Positions 34,266 to 43,185 of a stretch of DNA of 45,740 nucleotides are shown in pieces. Within the stretch, counting starts at the first letter, position 1. Every line of letters starts with the position of its first letter. The notes under the pieces were generated by a model. That model was not told the origin of the DNA. It made no database searches and worked only from the letters and a program-made list of their open reading frames with translations. The DNA is taken from the IMG/VR virus record IMGVR_UViG_3300044513_003981, positions 1 through 45,740 of that record; one strand, 5' to 3'. The translations under genes and the position numbers were made by a program. The stretch comes from a virus. Taxonomy: Duplodnaviria > Caudoviricetes.

Positions 34266-35345
34266 ATGAAAAAGGTTTTAATAACTGGAGTAACAGGTCA
34301 AGCAGGATCAGTAATGTCTGACTTTTTGCTTGAATCAACTGATAATGTTATTATAGGCGGAATTAGAAGACTGTCTGTAGATAATCATAGTAATATTTCT
34401 CATATTAAAAACAATGAAAGGTTTAAATTAGTTGATTTGGATATAACCGATCCAGTAAATACAGAAAGGGTGATTCAAGAAGAAAAGCCTGACTACTTTA
34501 TTAATTTTGCAGCTAATTCATTTGTAGGTAATAGTTGGGATATGCCAATTAACCACATGATGACCAATGCCATTCCGGTAATGCATCAATTAGAGGCTAT
34601 TCGAAAATACGCTCCAGATTGTAGATATTTCAACGCTGGAAGTTCTGAGGAATTTGGAAATGTAGACTATTCACCTCAAGACATCAATCATCCTCAAAAG
34701 CCTAGATCTCCATATGGCATTTCAAAATGCACAGCAAGAAATGTTGTGAAAGTTTGGAGGGAATCTTATGGGCTTTATGCCGTTCAGCCGTTCATGTTTA
34801 ATTATGAGTCGGAGAGGCGCGGAGTTGAATTTGTTACTAGAAAGATCACACAAAATGTAGCTAGGATTTATTCAGAAATGAGTAACGGCGCGGTCAAGCC
34901 TATGGAGTTAGGTAATCTAGACTCCAAAAGGGATTGGAGTTATTGCCTTGATACAATAAAAGGGGTGTGGCTAATGCTAAATCAAAGTGTCCCTCCGGAA
35001 GTATTAAACGATAAAGACGCAAGATATTGGAAGCCTAAAGATTATGTTTTAGCTTCCGGCGAAACTCACTCTATTAGAGAATTTGTAGAATTAGCCTTCA
35101 AGGAAATAGGTATTAAAGGGGAATGGGTTGGAAAAGAATTGCAAGAAGAATACCAAACTGAAATTAAAGACCTGTTTGGCAATAAGAAAATCACTCTTGT
35201 AAAAATTAATCCTGATTTCTATAGACCTGCGGAGGTGTCGATTCTTCACGGCGATTCAACTCCAGCTAGGCAAGAGCTAGGGTGGGAACCTAAAACTTCT
35301 TTTCAAGAACTTGTCAGAAAGATGGTTAAAAACGACTTAACTTAA
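34266..35345 (+). CDS. gmd: GDP-mannose 4,6-dehydratase
   Basis: LITGVTGQAGS, AANSFVGNSW, AGSSEEFG, PRSPYGISK, FNYESERRG.EFVTRKI, LGNLDSKRDW and YRPAEV. Confidence 0.93.
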   Translation: MKKVLITGVTGQAGSVMSDFLLESTDNVIIGGIRRLSVDNHSNISHIKNNERFKLVDLDITDPVNTERVIQEEKPDYFINFAANSFVGNSWDMPINHMMTNAIPVMHQLEAIRKYAPDCRYFNAGSSEEFGNVDYSPQDINHPQKPRSPYGISKCTARNVVKVWRESYGLYAVQPFMFNYESERRGVEFVTRKITQNVARIYSEMSNGAVKPMELGNLDSKRDWSYCLDTIKGVWLMLNQSVPPEVLNDKDARYWKPKDYVLASGETHSIREFVELAFKEIGIKGEWVGKELQEEYQTEIKDLFGNKKITLVKINPDFYRPAEVSILHGDSTPARQELGWEPKTSFQELVRKMVKNDLT

Positions 35346-35374
35346 GCGAGTTCTTTATACTTTAAAACACAATT

Positions 35375-35488
35375 ATGGCTGGTAAAGGAGATAAGCCCAG
35401 ATCTGTTGATAAAAAGAAATACGACAGAAATTACGATAAAATATTCCGTAAAAATAAACCTACTTCTTCCGAAAAGCAGGAAGGTTAG
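35375..35488 (+). CDS. Small conserved-type phage protein (37 aa)
   Basis: Not in the track. MAGKGDKPRSVDKKKYDRNYDKIFRKNK... fits the GKG.KPR.VD...Y..N.D.IF pattern common in phage mini-proteins; TATACT at 35356-35361. Confidence 0.7.
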   Translation: MAGKGDKPRSVDKKKYDRNYDKIFRKNKPTSSEKQEG

Positions 35489-37895
35489 GAAGAGGAGCCG
35501 TAGGTATCGAATTAGAATAACCAAAAGTTTCAGAGAGAAGATTAAAATCAATATCTTTAAATTTCAATGAAGAATAATTTACGTTAGTGGTAATCCCTTG
35601 ACTAGACATAGAGATAGAAATAGATGAAACTCCTTTTGTTATATCCAAATCCTCTTTCACGGGAGGTCTGAAATATGAAACAGAGGCCTTGATAAATGGA
35701 CCTTCAAAGTAAGGAATAATATCTTGGATGTTCTCTTGGAAAATTCTTTTCTCTAAAATATTTTGGTCTATAACTTGAGAAGATCTTTTAGAAAAGTTTT
35801 TTACATCAGACTTTATTGTGTCTATCGAGTTTATATCAGACAAGGAGGGTTCATTATCATCGTTATTACCATCAGAGGAACCTCCAGAATCAGGCCTTAC
35901 TCTAATAAATCTAAGTTGCTTTTTTGCTCTCATATTAGACCGTTCCTCTAAAAACGCAACTACGGTAGCGTCATATATTTCTTTAAAAACGCTATCAAAT
36001 TCAGTCGATAACAAAAGATGTTTCGTGTTAATACCTTTTTTACGGTCTATATTCACAATTAAAGAATTTGATTTAATATCGCTTACGAATGAGTCTTCTC
36101 CGTCTACGGCTAGTCCGGTAAATAAATCCTTTATACAGAGCAATACGTATTCTCCACCTCCAGCAGGGTTAGATCCGGCGTCTTTATAAGCAGACTTAGC
36201 TAACTGCTCAATTGTTATGTTCGATATATCCCTGTCATTAAATGCAAGAAGCCTAACTAAAAAAGCCAATTCAGGGACTTGACGAATTTTTTTGTTTCTT
36301 AAAACAGGAATAACACCAAAATCATCAATGTTTCCGTCATTAGCGTCTCCTAAAGATTGATATTGCCTATTTTCAAGCTGCGATTCAGAGAGTGGAGCAG
36401 AAAAGTAAAGTCCAAAGTTTAATTTCGCATAGTCAGAAGCCAATTGGAAAAGATCCGTCTCTGAAGGTAGCTTTCCAATTAATTGCGTCCCGTCCTTTGT
36501 CTTATTAAAATCATAATACGATCCTATATACTGATTGTTTAGTTGATCTTGACCTGTGCGATTGAATTCTTCTTTAATCTTGTTTTTCCAATCGCTGGGT
36601 GCTGCTTTATTTATAACCTCGCCAAATTTTAATACGTTGTCCCCGTATATAGTAGAAGTTTGATATCCGTTTCTTAAACGCAAAGCAAGAGCATAAGTAT
36701 TTAAAGCTTCTGATTCTAAAGATTCAACAACAGGAGAAAGAGCAGCCAAAAATTTCAGATCGCTTTCGTTAAGCGTTCCTAAAATATCTGAACTTTCAGG
36801 ACTATATTTATATATTACCTGTCTTTGAATGACAGGATCTCCACCGTCGCCTACAATATTGACTCTGTTTACCGATACGTTATTATTCGTATCGTAAGAG
36901 CCTTTTAAAAACAAGTGTTTAGCTTCTACATCTCTTATAGATTTACTGTAAGAGGTTGTAGTAACGCCTTCTCCATCAGTTATATTTTCAAAAGAATCTG
37001 CTAAATTGCTATTAATTTGAGCAATGTCAGAATTAGAAATAATCTTAATTTTTTGACTAAAAGGGTCTACATAAAATGATCTTCCTAATTTAGAAAGACA
37101 AGCAGCGAGGCAATTTCTAAGAGTCCCAGAATCGGAAAAAAGAAAAGTGTCATTCTGCATGATAGATTCAGACTCTTTATCAAAAGATACCCCTTTTTCT
37201 AGAAACAAATTGTATAGATTTTTTAATGTATAACCGAATTTTAAATTCGAATTAGATTCTTTGTCTGTCGTCCATTGGGTCAAAGTCGGATCTGAGAAAT
37301 TAGAAAGTTCATTATTTATAGAGCCGTGATCATATACAACGATTTGAGGGTCTTTAAAAGGAGTTGCACCTTCAGATGTGCTAAAAAACATATTTCCAGC
37401 AGTAAAGTTGGAAACCCTAGAAATTCCAATTACATTAATTCCATCCCCATATGAAATGACAGGATTTTTTTGTTGATCAGGGAATCTTACAGAGGGATTA
37501 AAAGACTTATTAAGCCAATTGCTTCTATCGATAAACATGCTTTTGCTGAAAAGAAAACTTTCATTATTTATATTGTAATAAGGGTCTGTATGAATTCCGT
37601 AAATTAAAACAAGCTCATTATCTAGCACACTTGATATCTCTTCTTGAAGCTCTACTTGTAATGAAGTATTTGCACTATTTCTCCTTTTTGAGAACTCAAC
37701 AACCTTCATCCTCAATCCAAATGGAGGAACTGTTACTATATCATTAAAAGAAGGTTCATCAAATTTAGAATCCTCTGAGAGAACGACCAGAGTAGCTCCA
37801 GAAACCTGAGAAGATGTTTGCAAGCTATAGTTTATACTAGCGATGTGTCCCCCAAATAATTTACCTAAATTTTTTTTTGGATTAAAGAGCGCCAT
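35460..37895 (-). CDS. Putative tail/baseplate hub protein
   Basis: 811 aa, last gene of the post-tape-measure operon; SDSGTLRNCLAACLSKLGRSFYVDP resembles hub/Tal-type segments. Confidence 0.5.
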   Translation of the reverse strand: MALFNPKKNLGKLFGGHIASINYSLQTSSQVSGATLVVLSEDSKFDEPSFNDIVTVPPFGLRMKVVEFSKRRNSANTSLQVELQEEISSVLDNELVLIYGIHTDPYYNINNESFLFSKSMFIDRSNWLNKSFNPSVRFPDQQKNPVISYGDGINVIGISRVSNFTAGNMFFSTSEGATPFKDPQIVVYDHGSINNELSNFSDPTLTQWTTDKESNSNLKFGYTLKNLYNLFLEKGVSFDKESESIMQNDTFLFSDSGTLRNCLAACLSKLGRSFYVDPFSQKIKIISNSDIAQINSNLADSFENITDGEGVTTTSYSKSIRDVEAKHLFLKGSYDTNNNVSVNRVNIVGDGGDPVIQRQVIYKYSPESSDILGTLNESDLKFLAALSPVVESLESEALNTYALALRLRNGYQTSTIYGDNVLKFGEVINKAAPSDWKNKIKEEFNRTGQDQLNNQYIGSYYDFNKTKDGTQLIGKLPSETDLFQLASDYAKLNFGLYFSAPLSESQLENRQYQSLGDANDGNIDDFGVIPVLRNKKIRQVPELAFLVRLLAFNDRDISNITIEQLAKSAYKDAGSNPAGGGEYVLLCIKDLFTGLAVDGEDSFVSDIKSNSLIVNIDRKKGINTKHLLLSTEFDSVFKEIYDATVVAFLEERSNMRAKKQLRFIRVRPDSGGSSDGNNDDNEPSLSDINSIDTIKSDVKNFSKRSSQVIDQNILEKRIFQENIQDIIPYFEGPFIKASVSYFRPPVKEDLDITKGVSSISISMSSQGITTNVNYSSLKFKDIDFNLLSETFGYSNSIPTAPLPNLPAFRKK

Positions 37896-37897
37896 AA

Positions 37898-38671
37898 TTA
37901 AAAAGAATACGATGAAAAGCTGTTGTTTTCAATATAACTTACACTTGTAGAGCCATTAGATACATTAATATTATATTCAGCAATTTCTCCTAAAAATTCT
38001 ACTTGATCATCTATACCTGTAGAGATGATTGATTCATTTATAGAAGCGGTTTCTAAAAAGTCTTGAGAGTCTATTCTTTGACCATTTAGAAAACAAATAG
38101 AAGTGGATTGATTGAATTTAATTCCAAATACATCATAATAACCTGTGCTCATGAATTCATTTTGCTTTGGCATCGAAAACAGAACTCCCGTTATTTCAGT
38201 GTCCGAGTCTATCCATTCAAAATTAGAATTAGAATTTATAATATAGCTTTCTCCGCTTGTAAGCTTGTCTCCATTTAAATAAATAAACTCGTCAGAAAGA
38301 TTTCCTGCTACGCCACTAAATCCAGAAATCAAATCAGAATTAGAATTGCTCTCATAAAATGAATGAGAACCAGTTTCAATTATATCTGATTTCAAAAGAG
38401 AATTTACTAATCCATTTAAATCTAAAAATCCAGTTTCATTTCTAAGCTGATTGCCAGACAAAAAGAAATCTCCAGAATTATCAATAATAGAAGTCTGACC
38501 TATAGTAGTAATAGAGGGTAGGGTCTCTAGAAGGGTGACGCCATTCAAATAAACACTGTTCGAAAGAACCTTGTTATTGTTTATAGTTCCTACTCCATTA
38601 GATATCGAACCCAAATTTTCGTATAGATTTTTATTGGGAGAAGAGCCTGTGTGTAAAAAGTATTCTATCAT
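37898..38671 (-). CDS. Putative virion structural protein, S/T-G rich
   Basis: Repeated VYLNG/IYLNG/CFLNG units; located in the tail operon. Confidence 0.55.
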   Translation of the reverse strand: MIEYFLHTGSSPNKNLYENLGSISNGVGTINNNKVLSNSVYLNGVTLLETLPSITTIGQTSIIDNSGDFFLSGNQLRNETGFLDLNGLVNSLLKSDIIETGSHSFYESNSNSDLISGFSGVAGNLSDEFIYLNGDKLTSGESYIINSNSNFEWIDSDTEITGVLFSMPKQNEFMSTGYYDVFGIKFNQSTSICFLNGQRIDSQDFLETASINESIISTGIDDQVEFLGEIAEYNINVSNGSTSVSYIENNSFSSYSF

Positions 38672-40062
38672 ATCCTTTTTTGTAGGTAATGAAGGTAGTC
38701 GTGTTTATAAAGATCAATTGAATTATCAATGAATTGCAGATTATCAGTTTCTGTAATATTAGAAGTAACCGTTTCTGTCAAATACTCTATAGAATATCCA
38801 GTTGGTTCCTCACTTAAGAATCCTGTCAATTGAGATATAGAAAACAAAGGATAAGACTCTACAGTTTGCGTTTTCTTTACAGAAGATATAGAAAATGATT
38901 CTACAGTTTGAGAATTATCAGTTAAACCCAAAGTAGAATGAGCTTCGGAACCAGTTGGAATGTAATCGTTATAGTTAGCGTCGTAAGGTATTAAAAAGGA
39001 AGTCCCCTCAATATAGCTTCCAGAGTTGTTAGCAAGAGCATAGCCAGTTATAAATCTTTCGCCATCTTGTTTAGAAGATGTCCCATCACTAGATAGAGTC
39101 ACTTCAATAAGGTCAGATGCATCCCTAACGGAAGCCTGCCCGTCTTCTACTAAAGAGAATCCAGTAACCCCTATAGGATAGGAAAAAGAAGTTTCAGATC
39201 CCGTAACGACTTCGTTTTGTATAGAAAAAGAGGTTTCGACTCCTGTAGCAAAGAAACCAGAAGATATAGATTTTAAATCTGAAGAAGCAACAGAACCACT
39301 TATCATTAAAAATTGATCCAAATGTCCACTTAAAGTATTTCCACTCCTTAAATAAGTAGGAGAACTACCTATGAAGAAGTTTTCGCCCCATTCATTATTT
39401 TGAATTTTACTATCACTTCTTAATGTTTGAGATTGGTAAGAGTCTTCCAAAAGATTATATTTTGAAAAGGAAACAAAATAAGGAGAGACATTGACAGATA
39501 AGATATTTCTATTTGCTAATTCTATATCGCTAGAGACAAGTAAGTATTCTCCAATTTGGGAATCTATGCCTTGAAAGAACAACTGATTCCTATCATTTAT
39601 GCCTATATTAAAACCCTTGCCGTAATTAAAAGATGTATTAGAATCAGAATAATTAAACGAATTTAGGTTTCCAAAAATTATACCGTTTTTGCTATTGGTT
39701 TTCTCAAAAGAAAAAAGGAAAGTGATTTCCGAATCTAAATCATCGGGGCCTAAAAAGTAAGCTCCCGAAAAATCATCAAATTGAATATTAGAATAAGAAC
39801 AGTTAACTCCAGAGTTTTCATTTAAATAAAAAGACCCCGTTAATTTCTCCAAAGCTTCAGCCTCTGTAGAAGAAGCTGTCTCCAAAACTAATCCAGAATT
39901 ATTTCCTAAAAAAGAAGGCGACGTGTTTTTAAATACGCCTGTAAAATCGCTTCCAGAACCCAAGACGCCAGTATCTCCAGAAGAGAAGTCATAATTTAGA
40001 ACGACCGCATCCAGACCTGCCTCGACCCTAGATTGGATCAAATATTTTAAAGTATCATTCAT
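38668..40062 (-). CDS. Putative tail protein with a LamG/concanavalin-like domain, S/T-G rich
   Basis: TFLFSF, GFNIGINDRNQLFF and FFIGS...LSGHLDQF motifs. Confidence 0.55.
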   Translation of the reverse strand: MNDTLKYLIQSRVEAGLDAVVLNYDFSSGDTGVLGSGSDFTGVFKNTSPSFLGNNSGLVLETASSTEAEALEKLTGSFYLNENSGVNCSYSNIQFDDFSGAYFLGPDDLDSEITFLFSFEKTNSKNGIIFGNLNSFNYSDSNTSFNYGKGFNIGINDRNQLFFQGIDSQIGEYLLVSSDIELANRNILSVNVSPYFVSFSKYNLLEDSYQSQTLRSDSKIQNNEWGENFFIGSSPTYLRSGNTLSGHLDQFLMISGSVASSDLKSISSGFFATGVETSFSIQNEVVTGSETSFSYPIGVTGFSLVEDGQASVRDASDLIEVTLSSDGTSSKQDGERFITGYALANNSGSYIEGTSFLIPYDANYNDYIPTGSEAHSTLGLTDNSQTVESFSISSVKKTQTVESYPLFSISQLTGFLSEEPTGYSIEYLTETVTSNITETDNLQFIDNSIDLYKHDYLHYLQKRI

Positions 40063-41635
40063 TTATTATTGTGAAATTTTTACTAAATGCTACATTACTA
40101 GAACCCGTATCTACAGAGTAGCTTGAAACTATAGATTTTTGCCCCGAATATTGGGAGCTAAAGTTTTCAAAGTAAGTTTCGGCGTCGGTTGCAGTATAGC
40201 CTGTATTAAGTATACCATTAAGACTTACAGCCACTGTCTTCAAAGTGTCGTAAGTATCTTGAACGGAGAAAGAGTTATCCAAAGTCTCTTGGGCTACAAT
40301 AGTAGGGATATTATGCTTAGTTGAGACGGAAAGCTGCGCGTTTTTTAAAATACCACTGGTTAAATCAGGTTTATTACTAAATTGTAAATTATAAGAAATA
40401 GATGAATTAAAAGGAGACTTGTCTATTTTTTCTGAGGAGAAGTTATCAGAAAGAGGCCCTCTGCTGTAACCGTGCTGCGTATCATTAAAGAAAGAATAAT
40501 GAGAATTTAAAATAGAAAACTGATCAATACCAGAAAAATACTCATCTACTTTTTTATATCTTTCTTCTGACTCTGGTATAGAACCTGTAAAAATATTATT
40601 TATCCCATCGTATATTACAGTTCCATTTATAGAAGCTGTAACGAATCCATCACCCTTCGATGCAGAAAAATCTGTTGAATATTTATGCAATACTTCGCCA
40701 GTGTTTAAGTCAGTTGGGTCAGAAAAAGAAAAAGAGAAAGAAATGTTATTAGCTCCAGAGTCGATATCATAACTAAACGAAGCTGGTTTCTTAAAAATAT
40801 CTCCATAAAGTAGTTCTTCATAGCTAGTCTTGCTTCTCTTGGCGGAATTTCTAGCGAAAGAGGCCGCTTGATCTGGCGAGAACAACCCCGTATGGGTCTC
40901 GTTAATAACCCCTGTTATTCCAGCTTTAATCGTCCCATTAACAGAAGCCGTCAAAGGCCCATCTGAAAATGAAATGGAACAAACTGGCCTTACTATGTAA
41001 TTGCCACTATCATAACCTAGTAGAGATTCACTCAATGAGTATTGTTCAACTAAACTGTAGGAATTATTGACCCTATCTATACTTTCAGAAGTAGAATTTT
41101 TAATAACGGAATCCCCGCTAAAAAACAAGGATTTATTTTCAAAAGAATTCGCCCTTTGATTAACAAAGTTCTTGGCGGCAGTTAAAGAATCTATATCAGA
41201 TGTTTTTAAACCCCTCGCTGAAACTGTATGAGTCGCAGAAACCGTCCTACCGTCTTGTTCTTGATAACTCCACCTATCCACTGGACTTTCAATTCCATAA
41301 AATTGAGAAAAATCCTTTTCATGAAAAGCTTCAAAAGAAACAGTGTAAGGTAAGGATTTAGAGGTAAATTCTCCAAATTCAATACCTATAGGCTTGGCGA
41401 AATTATAACCAGTGCTTCCTATGGTTAAATTTTGAAATCCACTAGACAAAGAGTGCTCCAAAGTCTGCCTCTTGTCATATAAGGATTTGAAGTCGCAACC
41501 AGTTAATTGACCAACTAAAGTAATAGACAAAGCAGAGTGATCGAGTTGACCACTTAAAAAAACCTCATTTTCCTGCAACCCAACAAAAGGAAGGGGATAG
41601 GGAAAAGAATAACCACCATATGAAATATCAACCAT
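40055..41635 (-). CDS. Putative tail structural protein with internal repeated beta modules
   Basis: Repeated TASVNGTI/TASINGTV/AVSLNGI and SFSYDID/ISYNLQFS units. Confidence 0.55.
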   Translation of the reverse strand: MVDISYGGYSFPYPLPFVGLQENEVFLSGQLDHSALSITLVGQLTGCDFKSLYDKRQTLEHSLSSGFQNLTIGSTGYNFAKPIGIEFGEFTSKSLPYTVSFEAFHEKDFSQFYGIESPVDRWSYQEQDGRTVSATHTVSARGLKTSDIDSLTAAKNFVNQRANSFENKSLFFSGDSVIKNSTSESIDRVNNSYSLVEQYSLSESLLGYDSGNYIVRPVCSISFSDGPLTASVNGTIKAGITGVINETHTGLFSPDQAASFARNSAKRSKTSYEELLYGDIFKKPASFSYDIDSGANNISFSFSFSDPTDLNTGEVLHKYSTDFSASKGDGFVTASINGTVIYDGINNIFTGSIPESEERYKKVDEYFSGIDQFSILNSHYSFFNDTQHGYSRGPLSDNFSSEKIDKSPFNSSISYNLQFSNKPDLTSGILKNAQLSVSTKHNIPTIVAQETLDNSFSVQDTYDTLKTVAVSLNGILNTGYTATDAETYFENFSSQYSGQKSIVSSYSVDTGSSNVAFSKNFTIINE

Positions 41636-43182
41636 TAGTCAAAGAATATAAATGTTAGATTAGCAGAGGCTTGCCTATCGATGGGATTTAAAGAAGAGTC
41701 TTTTTCGGTCATATAATAATAATTATATTGCGGTAATTCGCCGCTGGCAATTAAAAGAGCTTCATTTTCTGGATTTTGAATTCCAGAGTCAGAATAAACA
41801 AGATCAACAGAAACTGATTTAGAACCAATTTGTTGCGCTTCTGCATTTTCAATAGCTAATTCTCTAAAACCATATATAGGCGAAATTGTTTGCCTATTGA
41901 CCTGTTTTTTTTCGGAAACCCTTACAGATCTTTTTAGAATACCATCAGAATTATCCTTATATTCAGGGTCAGTTGTATACTCTATTCCAAGAGAAGCACT
42001 TCTATTAAATGGGTCGAAGGAATTGGTTCTAGATATTTCGTTCAGATCAGAAGTAGAAACTTCTGGAAATAATGAAGAAACTTTATCAACGCCGATATTA
42101 GGATTATTAATTAAAAAATCTTTAGAAGAATTAAAAGAGCTAATTCTATTAGGACCTTTGGATGAGACATCTAAAGAGAAGGAGTAGTTACTAAAACTAT
42201 TAGAACCTCTACTCCTATTAACATTATAAGATATCGTCGTAAGCTGATTTTTTCTTGGATCGCTGGAGAATGAAACTGAAAAATTACCAAGGCCACCATC
42301 TGAATTCACACTTCTTTCAATCATGGTGGGATAACCAAATTCGCCACTATTTGCACTAATTATTTCATCCAAAGAAATCGCTATTCCAGAATTCAAAGTC
42401 GTTTCTAGTGGGTCTTCTAAAGCAGATATATCAACTTGGTATCTTCTCTCAGTATACCCTTCTTGAGTAACCGCTTTGTTTAGTGTCTCGCTTCTTGAAA
42501 ACTTGTATCCATTAGAATCTATGATATTAGCAGTAGAAAGAGTCTCAGTAAAAGACATTTGCTTATTAATTTCATCATATTCTTCTGAAACTAAAGGCCG
42601 TAAGCCATCGTTTAATTTTCCGTTTTCTGAAATCCCGTCTACTAAGTATCCCAAGGAAGGTCTGTTACCTAAAAAGATATTCTTTATAAATAGTTTACTT
42701 TTCTCTAAGAAAGTGGACGAAGTATCCTGAGCGTATTTAAAAGAAAGCGATCTATTGTATCCGTAAGAACCCTCGCCTCTATCGAAAGAAAGAGATTCTG
42801 AGAAATTTTCCACATCTTGAGGGGAAGCTATATTATGGAATAAGTCAGATAAAACGTCGTCGTCTTCGACTTTTACAGTCTCCTGTATTGAAATAGAGGC
42901 TGTTGTTGATCTGGCTCGATCAGATTCAGGAAAAGAAAGAGAAGTTACCCTTCCATTTCTAAAAAAATCAAATCCAATTTTTGCTGAAATATTTCTATTG
43001 GCATAGGCCTTTTGTAAGGCATCTATTCCGGTCAACAGAGTGTCAGAATCTTCTTCATACCTAGTATCTAAAATAGAAAAGGTATAATTAGATGAAATCT
43101 TTTTGCCCCAAACGTGTTCTGAATTTAAATACACAAAACTAACAGAACTGGAGGCTTGTGTGATTTTAGTTACATATAGCAT
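41635..43182 (-). CDS. Putative tail structural protein, probable distant paralogue of 40055..41635
   Basis: Directly downstream of the tape measure; similar size, Ser-rich, similar repeated module. Confidence 0.55.
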   Translation of the reverse strand: MLYVTKITQASSSVSFVYLNSEHVWGKKISSNYTFSILDTRYEEDSDTLLTGIDALQKAYANRNISAKIGFDFFRNGRVTSLSFPESDRARSTTASISIQETVKVEDDDVLSDLFHNIASPQDVENFSESLSFDRGEGSYGYNRSLSFKYAQDTSSTFLEKSKLFIKNIFLGNRPSLGYLVDGISENGKLNDGLRPLVSEEYDEINKQMSFTETLSTANIIDSNGYKFSRSETLNKAVTQEGYTERRYQVDISALEDPLETTLNSGIAISLDEIISANSGEFGYPTMIERSVNSDGGLGNFSVSFSSDPRKNQLTTISYNVNRSRGSNSFSNYSFSLDVSSKGPNRISSFNSSKDFLINNPNIGVDKVSSLFPEVSTSDLNEISRTNSFDPFNRSASLGIEYTTDPEYKDNSDGILKRSVRVSEKKQVNRQTISPIYGFRELAIENAEAQQIGSKSVSVDLVYSDSGIQNPENEALLIASGELPQYNYYYMTEKDSSLNPIDRQASANLTFIFFD

Positions 43183-43185
43183 ATT

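Noticed and set aside
35342-35551. 69-aa minus-strand ORF in the track
   Set aside because: It is an antisense shadow of the plus-strand mini-gene 35375..35488 and overlaps the 811-aa gene out of frame.
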